A stretch of 63,581 nt of DNA, filler included, from Hyphochytrium catenoides (Eukaryota; Protista; Hyphochytriomycota), in the NCBI GenBank assembly GCA_900088475.1. It is 11 parts of 11 records of this genome, joined end to end, with 100 filler letters (N's around TTAATTAATTAA, not from the genome) between each part and the next. Parts side by side here need not be neighbours in the genome. Positions count along the whole stretch, not along the records: positions 13,096 to 18,065 come from FLMG01002264.1; positions 18,166 to 24,103 come from FLMG01001686.1; 9 more parts are not named here. One strand, given 5' to 3'. This document shows positions 13,393-24,093 of this stretch, in pieces. A program made the position numbers and the translations under genes. The notes under the pieces are model-generated. The model saw nothing but the letters and a program-made list of their open reading frames with translations. It did not search any database and was not told where the DNA came from. Position 1 is the first letter of the stretch, and each line of letters begins with the position of its first letter.

Positions 13393-13719
13393 CTGAGAGA
13401 GGCAGACGTGGCCTCTGCTCTCTCTTCTATTTCGCGGCGGAGCTCCTCATGATTCCAAAGAGAACTGCGGTCCAAACCGCCATTCTGTGTGTTAGAAGGA
13501 GAGAGAGAGATTGCAGATGAGAAGGAGAAAGAGAGAAACGCTAAGGTGGAGAAAGCGACAGAAAAACAAGACAAAAGTAGGGAGAGAGGGGCACAGAGAG
13601 AGAGAGAGAAGACAGAGAGAGGAAGATAGACAGAGAAAGAGAGAAAGAGAGAGAATTAGAGAACGGAGGGAGCAAAAAAGAGAGAGAGAGAAAGTCAGAG
13701 AGAGAAGAGACAGACAGTC

Positions 13720-13753
<34 letters not shown>

Positions 13754-14182
13754 ATTGAGAGGGAAAGAGAGAGAGAAAATTGAGAGAGAAAGAAAGAGAC
13801 AGGCACTTGCCTTGATGGCTTTGCTATGCTGGTCAATGATCCCGTCCAGCTGGGTCCGAATCGCTTTGAACTTGCCCAGCGCTTCTTCTCTCTCTCTTGC
13901 GCAGTGCTCCATCACCTCTGCAGTGCGAAGGAGATGAAGCTCCTCAAAGAGAGTTTTCGTCTCTCTCTCCCTCTTCTCTCTCGTCTCTCTGTCTTTTTCT
14001 TCTCTTGACTGGTCACTGTCTTCCCTTGTCTCTCCTTGTATCTGTTTCTCTCCCCCGCGTTTCTCTCTTTGGCGGGGCACTTCTGCCTTTTCTGGACTCG
14101 CCAAGGGAACACCTTTCACACTCTTCCCACTCGCGAGACGGCGGAGCGACTGGAACGTCCATGTGTGAGGGAGCAAGAAAGA

Positions 14183-14244
<62 letters not shown>

Positions 14245-15343
14245 AAAGAAAGTGAGGGAGAGTGAGATGATAGACAGGACACTAATCGAGAGGGCACAGA
14301 GAGAAAGACAGGAAAGAACAAGAAAGAACGAAAGAGAGAAAAAGAGAGAGAAAGGAGGGGAGAGATACTTCTAACCTTTGGTCTCTCCAGCTCTGGCTTT
14401 CCCTTTTTCTCTTCCTCCTCTGGCTCTATCTCAGCACTACCAGGAAAGAGACGGTTGGGCAGGAGAGGGAGAGAAGAGAGAGAAGGCGTCTCTCCTCCGC
14501 TATGTGCTTGCGACGGGTAAGGGAGAGGAGAACTTGTGGCGGGAGAGGCAGGAGAGACAGACTTTCTCTCTTTCTCTCCTCCTTTCAGTTCAAAGATAAC
14601 AAGCGACCCATCTGCCGTCATCGCGTACACTTTCTCTCCTTCCTCGTCAGTTCTAAGCCCATAGATAGGAGACTCCGATACGCGAAGAGAGAGAACCTAG
14701 GAAGCAAGAGAGAGAGAGAGAGAACGGAAATAAAGTTAGGCGTTTGTCTCTCTCTTTTTCTCTCTCTCTTCTCTCTTGGTGCCTGTCTTACCTTTTGGAG
14801 AGACTCTGCAACCTTCTCTCTAGTCTCCAGAGTCCATAAGCTAATGGTCCCGTCGATCTCTCCTGTCAAGAAGAGAACAGATTTCTCTCTCTCTCTCTTT
14901 CCGCCTCTTTCTAAAGGTACAGCGCTCCGGTTTTCTCTCTCTCTTTCTCTCTCTCTCCTCATACGCTTTGCAATAGCAGAGAAGCCTCCAGAGGAAGGGA
15001 GAGAGGTCACACTCTTTATCTTGGTGGCAATATTGCTCTTAGCCTCCGTGGAAGAAGAAGAGAAAGAGAGAGAGAAGAGCACGAGTTCCTCAGAAAAGAG
15101 AAGAGCGACAATATTGTCTTTGGAAGAAAGGACAGAGAGAGACGAAGGACCAGAGGAGGAAAGACAAGAGAGAGAGAGGAGATCCTGCGNNNNNNNNNNN
15201 NNNNNNNNNNNNNNNNNNNNNNNNNNNNNNNNNNNNNNNNNNNNNNNNNNNNNNNNNNNNNNTGAGATGTGAGAGCGAAAGAGAGAAACGGATATAGAGG
15301 GGAAAAGAACTAAAGTAGACACAAATATGACAGACGGAGCAAT

Positions 15344-15385
<42 letters not shown>

Positions 15386-15859
15386 GAGACACAAATAGTC
15401 TGGAGCGACAAAAACTTAGAGAGAGCGAAAAAGAGAGAGAGACACTAAGAGAAGGAGAAAGGGAGCAGGAAGAGAGAATGACCTAGAGAAGCGAGCAGGA
15501 GACAAGATACCGACCTCTCCTCCGAGCTGGCCGGCCATTGCCTTAGGATCCGCCACCAGAGCGGCAGAGAGAGAACCAGAAGCTTTCTCTCTCTCTCTCT
15601 CGTCTTCTGCCGTCTCCCCCTGTTGGGACGGAGGGAGACTATGGCAAGGAAGGAGATAGAAGACCCCTCCCAGGAAGACGAGTAGCGTGGATTCTTGATA
15701 CCAAGAGAGAGAGAGAGAGGAAGAACGGGAGAGGAGTGACGAGTGAGAAGAGAGAGCTCGCTCTTTCTCTCCAAATTGTTTGCATGTGAGGACCTGGAGA
15801 GAAACCAAGAAGAGAGAGAAGTCAGGGAAAAAGTAAGCATAAACAAGGAGCGATGCCAA

Positions 15860-15892
<33 letters not shown>

Positions 15893-16150
15893 GAGAGAGA
15901 GAGAGAAGGAGTGGTCTGCCTCCCGCCTTCTCTCTCTCTCTTCTCTCCCTTCTCTTCCTCCCTCTTTCTCTCTCTGGTTTCCCTCTCTCTGCGCACCTGC
16001 ATAGGTTTCCCTGGCGCTGCTTCTACAATGTAGAGAACGCGTTCAGCGCTGCTGGCCACCGCGTACAGAGGAAGTGTTGGGTGAGGCAATAGAAGGTCCG
16101 GTGCAGAACGGAAGAGGGGATACTAGGGGGAAGAGACAGAGAGAGAGAGG

Positions 16151-16191
<41 letters not shown>

Positions 16192-17536
16192 GAAGAGAAA
16201 GAGAGAGAGAGAAAGGGAGAGAGAGAGAGAGGGAGAGATAGGAGGGGAGGACGGGGCAGTGAGTAAGGAAGAGAATTGCGGAGACAGCGGAAACGTAGAG
16301 AGGGAGAGGGAGAGAGAGAGAGAGAAGAGAAAGAGTAAATGGGAGCGGACACAAAGAGACAAAGACAGAGCCGAAACGTTTGGAAAGGGAGAGAGCGAGA
16401 AAAAAAAAGATATAAAAGGAGAAGCTAAGTCTTTGTTCCTCTCTCTCTCTCTCTTTCTTCCCGTGTGTACCTTTCGCAGCATAGAGAGCTTGAGAGGGGG
16501 AGAACAAGGAGTCTTCTTCTCTCCTTCAGAGGCATCTTCTGCTCCCTCAGCCGTGGGAGAGAGCCAAGTGGATGAAGAGAGAGGATCTTCTTCTGTCTCT
16601 TTCTTCCCTTTTTCTATTTCGAGGGAGAGAAGATAGAGATAGCCGTCTCTCCCTCCTGCAAGAAGAAGAGGAGACGTCCGACTGCAGGCAAGGCTAACAA
16701 AGAAAGAAGAGAGGGGAGAGAGAGAGGTTGAAGACGAGGAAGAAGGAAAAGAGAGAGAGAACTCTCCGGCCTTTCTTAGAGTTTCTTCCTCTCTCAGAGA
16801 GAGAGTGCCTGACAATTCTGCGGTCGCAAGCAACCTTTGCGCTCCAAACGAGAGATTGAGGAAAGATGTGAGAAGACTGCTCTGGAAAGAAGAAACTGGA
16901 GATGTCATCTGGGAAACCTAAAGAAAGAGAGAGAGACAGAGAGAGAGAGAGAGACAGAAAGAGAGAGAGAGACAGAGAGACAGAGACAGAGAGAGAGAGA
17001 GGAGAAAGAGAGAGAGAGAGACAGAGAGAGAGACAGAGAGAGAGGGAGGGAGAGAGAGAGAGACAGAGAGAGAGAAAGAGAGATAGAAAGAGAAGGAGAG
17101 AGAGAGAGAAGGAGAGAGAGAGAGAAAGAGGAGAGAGAGAAAAAGAGAGAGAGAGTCAGAATAGGGGTAAGCTGGAGAGAAAGAGCGAAAGAAAGACAGG
17201 TAAAGCGAGAAGTGCGCCAGGGAGAGAGAGGGACAGGGAGAGACGGCGAGAGAGAGGTGCACCTAGAGAAAGAGACAGAGATAAATGAAGGAGAATGACA
17301 CTAGAAACAGGTAGGCGTGAGAGGGAGGAATAGAAAGAAGAGGAGAATAGAAGAAGAGAAGAGAGGGACCGACTAACGGAGACGAGGAAGAGTAAGATGG
17401 GGCCAGAAAGTAAGATGTAAATTTTGTATAGAGAGAGGAGAGAGAGATAGGCCGAGAAAAAGGAGAGAGACACAGGATTGACCACACACACACACACACA
17501 GAGGGGGAGGGCGAGAGAGAGAGAGAGAGGGGGAGA

Positions 17537-17592
<56 letters not shown>

Positions 17593-17945
17593 GAGAGAGA
17601 GCCTACCTGCTCTTCGGGCTCAAGCCCTAGATCCACCGTGTAAGTCGGGACCGTGACAACTCGAGAGAGAGAGGTTCCGACTGCTATGAGATGACAAGAG
17701 GGAGAGACAGCGACGCTGATGGCTCTCTCTTTCTTTTCTCTCTCTTCTGGCATTTCTTCACCTCCTTCCTCCTCCCCTCTCACTCTTTTCTCATTCTCTC
17801 CTTCCTCTTCTCTCTCTCCTGTTTCGTCTCTCTTCTCTCTTAAGTCAACAGCGTGTAGTTGTCGAGGAAGAACCTCCCTGGATATCCAGCGGACTACCGC
17901 GTCACTTCCCACCACGATTATGGTGGAAAGAGTGTAGATGATGCC
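13393..17945 (-). CDS. Internal fragment of a WD40 + coiled-coil protein, probably ciliary CFAP43/CFAP44 family (multi-exon, both ends missing, N gap inside)
   Basis: WD-like blades (VAVSPSCHLIAVGT, LLLAGGRDGYLYLL, HPTLPLYAVASS, FLTGEIDGTISLWTL, YAMTADGSLVIFEL) are followed by helical EREEALGKFKAIRTQLDGIIDQH...LDRSSLWNHEELRREIEE, which resembles the CFAP43 post-propeller region from memory. The family call is tentative. Confidence 0.6.
16920..17160. repeat. Representative long (GA)n/(CT)n compound microsatellite; many similar tracts occur in introns and intergenic DNA throughout the window
   Basis: Directly visible. Such tracts produce the RERE/SLSL ORFs and flank most assembly gaps. Confidence 0.97.
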
Positions 17946-18565
17946 CTGAGGAGAGAAAGGAGAGAGAGGAGAGAGAGGCAGAGGGATAGAAAGAGACCAG
18001 ATATGTGAGAGAAGAGAGAGAGAGAGAGAGAAAAGGACAGAAAAAAGAGAGTATGAAAGAGGAACNNNNNNNNNNNNNNNNNNNNNNNNNNNNNNNNNNN
18101 NNNNNNNNNTTAATTAATTAANNNNNNNNNNNNNNNNNNNNNNNNNNNNNNNNNNNNNNNNNNNNCCTATCACTCTCTCCCCCTCTCTCTATCACTCTCT
18201 CCCGCTCTCTCTATCACTCTCTCCTCTCTCTCTCCCTCTCTTCCCAGCATCATGTCGGTCGCACCGTCTTCTCTCTCTCTCTCTCTCTTGTTCCTAAAAA
18301 GAGTGGACATGGTTCCTCTTTGTATTTTCCATCGTGACCTAAGCTTTCCAAAGTTACTATCATCTCTCTTGTCGCCGTGGGTCTCTCCGCCTCTTTCGAC
18401 CTGTCTGTCTGTCGGTCTGTCTCTCTCTTCTTCTTTCACTCTGCTCTCTGCCTCTTCTCATTTTCTTCTCCATTCAAGAGCTTTCCATCTCTCCTTTGGC
18501 GTGTATGCCCGCCGCCCCATTGCCTCATGCTCTCTCTTTCTCTCTCTCTCCCTCTCTTCTCTCAG

Positions 18566-21500
18566 GTCTGCCCTGACCGCTTGGATCTCCTTCACGCGCC
18601 TTTTAGAAAGCTTTGCCATCTTCTGGCAGATCTGGACGAGTGGGGCCAGATCGCGCTTCTCAACCTCTTCATGAGATACTGCCGAGCCTTTTTTGCCGAT
18701 CCTGTTCGAGGAGACGAAAGCGAGGACGAGGGAGAGAGCGGAAGCAGGCATCAAAAGTACGAAGACTTCATCTCAGGAGGAGGAAAGAAGAAGAAGAAGA
18801 AACCGCTCTTCTACGAAGATGGAGATGAAGATGAAGAGGAGGAGGAAGAAGAAGAGAGGCAAGGGAAGCGCCATCGGGAAAAGACGGAGAGAAAGCAGAA
18901 AGGAGGCAAAGGAGAAGCAGTCTTTCATCTCCCAGGAGACAGTTCCGTGACAGAGAACCTTGACCCCGATCACCGTCTCCTGCTCAAGACGTCTCTCCCT
19001 CTTCTCAAGAGCAGAAACAGCGCTGTCGTTCTCTCTGTGGCCACTCTCCACTGGTACTGCGGGACCCACACGCCAGCCACCACCGCTCTTATTGGCAAAT
19101 CTCTGGTCCGCATCCTCCGGAATCGCAAAGAAATCCAATACGTTGTGCTCTCCGTAATCTCCGGAATATCTAGCAGCCGGCCTGACATCTTTCGGCCTTT
19201 TCTGGCAGATTTCTTCGTCAAGGCGACAGATCCGCAGTATCTTCGGACCATGAAGATTGAGATCCTGACCCATCTGGCCACTGAGGAGACGGTCACCATC
19301 ATCCTGAAGGAGTTCGAGACCTATGTCTGCCATGGAGACAAGAACTTCGTCCGCTCTACTGTCGTAGCAGTCGGAAAGCTAGCAGAACTCTTTCCTGAGT
19401 TCTCTGACCGCTGTCTCTTCGGACTAATGCAACTGGTAGGCAGCAGTAGCGAGCAGGTGGCGGCAGAGAGCGTTGTGGTTATCAGGCATCTTCTGCAGCA
19501 AAATCCAGAGAGAGAGAGAGCGGGAGAACTGATAGAGAGACTCTGTTCGCTCTTGAGAACACTTAAGAGTCCCCAAGCAAGGGCTTCGGTGGTTTGGATC
19601 CTTGGGGAGTTCAGAGAACTCATTCCAAAGCTCTCTCCTGATGCTCTGAGAGAGCTTGCACGCGGATTCCCAGACGAGAAGGAGGAGGTGAAGATGCAGA
19701 TCATCAACTTTGCGGTCAAGCTAGCGTTAGGGGAAGAAGAATGGAGGGAGAAAGGAGAAAAGAGAGACACAAGCGCCGTGCAGATTCTCCTGCAATATAT
19801 CTTTGACCTGGCAAGCTTCGACCTGGACTATGACATCAGAGATAGAGCCCGATTCTTGCGCCTTCTGATGGCAGAGAACCCTTCTTCTTCCTCTTCAATA
19901 GTGAAGAGAGTGTTGTTGAAGAAGAAAACAGCACCGCTGGTGAGTGCGGGAGAGAACAAGATGAGTTTCTCTCTCTCTTCTCTCTCTTCTATCGTCAACC
20001 ACCCTTGCGCTGGCTATAGAGAGCTCCCCGACTGGGCCGAGGAGACATACAACCCCGAGGTTCGAAACGCGTCTTCCTACACAGAGGCTGCGCAGAAGCA
20101 AAAGGAGAGAGACCGGAAAGAGGAGAGAGGGAAAGAGCGGGGCGGAATCACAAAGGGTCCCAAGTGGCAGCCAAGTAAGGCAACAGTGGCGGCCGCCAAC
20201 AAAGGATTTTATAGCGATAGTGAAGGGGAAGATGAAGATGAAGATGAAGACGAGGAAGAGACTGAAGAGGAAGAAGTAGAAGAAGATGAGGAGGCAAGCA
20301 GCTCGAACTCCGAGAGCGAAGAGGAAGAGAGTGAAAGTGAGGAAGAATCTGAAATGGATGCACCAACAGAGAGCAGAACAAGAAGAACAAGAGAGACAGA
20401 AAGGGAAAAGAAACAGATCGACCACGGTGGACGAAGAAGAAAGAAGAAGAGAGAGGAAGAGAGCAGCGACGAAGCGTCATCTTCTCTCCCTTCCGAAAGC
20501 GAGGAAGATAGCGAGGAAGAGGACCATCCACGCCCAAAAGGCTCCAGAAAGGCAAAGAGCAGCAGAGAGCCCAAGCCAGAAGGGAGAGGCACGTCCTCTG
20601 GTCAGCTTCTCTCTCCTTTCTTTGGCTCGTCCTCCACACAGAATGGAAATGACGTAGGGGCCGTCCTTCTCCCTCCTGCCGCCCCTTCAGACCCGTTCGA
20701 CTTTCTCTCAGGTGGTCCTTCCTCCTCCTCTTCCTCACTCTCTGGGCCGACATCTGCTCTCTCTCTCATGAAAGACTTGGGCAGTCTTCAGCTGGACGCA
20801 CCCGCTCTTCCTTCTTCTTCTTCTTCAACTCTCGGAGCACTTGTCTCTCTCTCTCCTCCGAGTCCACCCGCGAAGCAGCTCTTCGCGGACAGTGATTGGA
20901 AGGTGAGTAAACAAGCTTTTCACACGTGTTTTAAGTGGAGGGAGAGAGGAGAGAGAGATAGTAGGGGAGTAGAGAGCAAGAGAGACAAGGCGGGGAGGAG
21001 AGAGGGAGAGGAGAGAGAGAAGAAGAAAGGAGAAAGAGAAAGAAAAGTCGAACAAGGAGTAGAAACGGAGGACAGGAATGGGGGAAAGTGAGATCAGGGA
21101 GGAGAAAGCCGGGTTGACGAAATGGACGGAGACTGAGAGGAGAAAGAGAGAAAGTAAACAGGTTCGAGACCTTAGTTTTCGTGTGATTACCTTCTCTTCT
21201 ATGGCAAGACGTATGCGTCCGCCGTTGACAACTAACCATGATCTCTCTCTCTGTCTCTGTTTCTCTCTTTCTGTCTCTCTCTCCTTTTCCCTGCGTGTGG
21301 TTTTTCAGGTTGCTTACTCTTTCCTCCGCTCAAGCTCCCTCTCTGCGGACAACACTGTCAAGATCCAGCTGCACCTGACAAATGTCAGCTCTGCGCCACT
21401 CTTCTCTCTCTCGTGTGAGGCACCGAAGGAGTGTCCGTCTACCTTCTCCTCTTTCCCTCCTCTTCTCTCTCTCTCTCCGTCGTCCACCTCCATCCAGACG

Positions 21501-22034
21501 GTTGCCATAGACTTGCAGGGTGTATCGAAGGTGATAGACCTTACCCTACGGGCAGAAAGGGAGAGAGACCATGGGGAGAGAGAGGAAAAAAGCACGTCTC
21601 TCTCTCTTCTTGTGCCAGCAGGAGAGCTAATCCTTCCTCTGCCTCTTACTCTCCCCGAGTTCAGTGCAAAGCTGGCAAAGATAGAGGAATCACGCTTCAA
21701 AAGAGTGGCAGAGTTTCTTCTCCCCTCTCTCTCCCCGCAAAAGTACGAAGAGATTCCGTCTCTACTTTCTTCACTCTGCAATGCCTTCGCAGTGGCAGAT
21801 AACAGTCGGACGGGCATCTACTCAGCCAGCGGCCGTCTCCGTCTCTCTTCTCTTTCTCTCTCTTCCTCTTCTTCATCCAGTCTAACCGATGGAGCAGCAG
21901 GAAGAGAAGTGGTGTTAGTGACTGTTGAAGTCTCTCGCACTGGCTCAGTCCGGGTCCAGGTGAACAGCAAGAACACTTCTCTAGCAGAGCAGCTGGCTGT
22001 GGATATCAAGCAAGGCATGATGGAAGGATTATAG
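18566..22034 (+). CDS. AP3B: AP-3 adaptor complex beta subunit, 5'-partial (exons 18566-20902, 21309-22034)
   Basis: VCPDRLDLLHAPFRKLCHLLADLDEWGQ, LDPDHRLLLKTSLPLLKSRNSAVV, ARASVVWILGEF and DYDIRDRARF match the AP3B trunk. An acidic Ser/Glu hinge and an ear domain follow; stop is TAG. Confidence 0.95.
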
Positions 22035-22526
22035 GAAGCGCGAGGAGAGAGAGAGAGAGGAGAGAGACAGAGACAGACAGAGTAAGGGGAACTCTCGATC
22101 TCCTCAAACTCTGTGCAAGCTTAAGGACTACGACTGTCTTCATCCCACTGCTTACGGCTTGGAAGTGCCGGAAAGGGGAAGGAATTTGGAGAGAAGAGGA
22201 GCAAAAGCTTTTTCTTAGAATGATTTGCTAGAGGAATCTTGACTGGGGAAAGAGAGGGAGAGAGAGAGAGAGAGAGAGAGAGGCCGTTCTTGCCTTGGCC
22301 TAACATAACACTTAGCAAAACGAGATGAAAAAGAGTTTCTCAGTCTTTATTCTCGACAGCAAAAAGACCTGTGCAGTCCTAACGTATTAAGGGCTCTTGA
22401 TATACTGGAAAAAGACAGGAGAGAGAGAGAGAGACACTGCTCGAATGGAAAAGTAAGGGTACAGCAGTGAGACGGTCCTTGCTCCCACACTTCTCTCTCT
22501 CATCTTTCCTATGGCCTTGCTTGCTC

Positions 22527-23787
22527 CTAGTGGAGAAATTGGTTCTCAGAGCGGCCGAAGAAGAATCTGTCAAAGAATCTGTCCGTTAAGGAAGAAGAAG
22601 AAGAGAAATTGGCTCTGCCCACGGCATCTGCGATGTCTTCCTCTCCGTCGACAAGCTTCTTTTCCTTCTTGTCTCTCACCGATAACCTCATTCTCTCCTT
22701 CTCTTCGTTCATTCTCCGCGTAGCCGCGGCGGTGCTGCTTCTCTTGCAATGAGAGGCGAGGCCCAGAGCAACGCAAAAGTCAATGAAGAGCTTCGTAGGG
22801 TTCCATTGTCCAGATAAGAAGCCAAACTCTCCAGCTGCGTAGTCTGAAGGATACTTGTGACTGTAGGAGAGAGAAAGAGAGACAAGGAGAAGGATAAAAG
22901 AGAGAGCAAGAGCATGACAGATAGAGTCAGAGACAAAATGGAAAAAAGAAGGCAATGAGCCGAGAAATGTCTTTCATGGACAAGACCACAGCTCTTTCTC
23001 TCCGCCCATTTCTCCTCTCCTCCCACCTATCCCTCCGAAGAGACAACCTCACTCCTTCAGGTACTCTCGTCCTCTCTCTGTTGGTGATGTTATTCCTTAT
23101 CCTTCCTTTCTTTGATGCCCTTTGGCCATGCTATGCCCATCAAAGTACCTCTTGCTTTCATTCTCCCTCTTTTCTCATCCTCTCTCTCCTCTTCTCCATC
23201 TGTGTGTTGCCCACTTACTGGAAGTTATGCCATCCTTCTCCTATGGCCGCCACGACGACGAGCCAGTTCTCTGCTGGGTTTATCTCTGGCGCATAAGGTC
23301 TGTCGCCCCAGAGATGCGCCGCGCTATTGACCAACCAGGTCATGTGCAGGACCCAGACGTGACGGAACACGCCGCCAATCCAGAAGCCATTCCACGCCGA
23401 GGAGAAGAGGAAATGCCTGAAAAAAAGAGAAAGAGAGGAATAGAGGGCAAAGGAGAGAGACCAATATACATGAAGAAGGGTTAGAGATAAAGCGTTGATC
23501 AACAACAGGAAGAAAGCTAGTGGACAGAATTGAAGAGTAAAATTCTGGACTCGAGAGAACTGGATGACCAAGAGGAAAAGAGATTTATGAAAGAAATGAC
23601 AAGAAAGAAAGAGAGAGAGAGGGCGAGGGGGAGAGAGAGAGAGAGAGGGGGATGAGGCGTACCCCATAAGTGTGGGGAGGCCGTAGCACATGAGAAGGAC
23701 TGTCACGAGGTATGTCTTCGTTTGGAATGCCACCACAGGGTCTTCCAGGAGATCATTGCAGTTGATCTTACGCCCCTCCTCGCGAAC
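22527..23787 (-). CDS. SCD: Delta-9 acyl-CoA desaturase (stearoyl-CoA desaturase), 3' part (exons 23787-23663, 23416-23219, 22860-22527)
   Basis: DLLEDPVVAFQ, TWLVNSAAHLWGDRPY, GEGWHNFHHKYPSDY (third His box rebuilt across an intron) and NPTKLFID. Confidence 0.93.
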
Positions 23788-24046
23788 CTGAGAGATTATT
23801 GGAAGCAGAGAGAGAAAGAAAAGAGAGAGAGTCAGATGTAAGAGACAGAGAGGCAATGGCGAGAGGGCACCTGGAAGCGATACGGAAAGATGGAAGAGGC
23901 AAAGCAGAAGGAGATCTAAAAAAAGAGACAGAAAAGAAAGAAGAGAAGGGGAGGGGAGTGAGATCAGATCCAGACGCCCAAGAAAGGGAAGAGTTCCATA
24001 CTCGAGGAAGCGCAGAGAGAAGCTCCTAGACGAGGAGAGAGGCAAC

Positions 24047-24093
<47 letters not shown>

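Noticed and set aside
13040-17500. Numerous SLSLSL / RERERE ORFs here and elsewhere as membrane or SR-like proteins
   Set aside because: They are stop-free translations of (CT)n/(GA)n tracts, mostly intronic or antisense to real genes.
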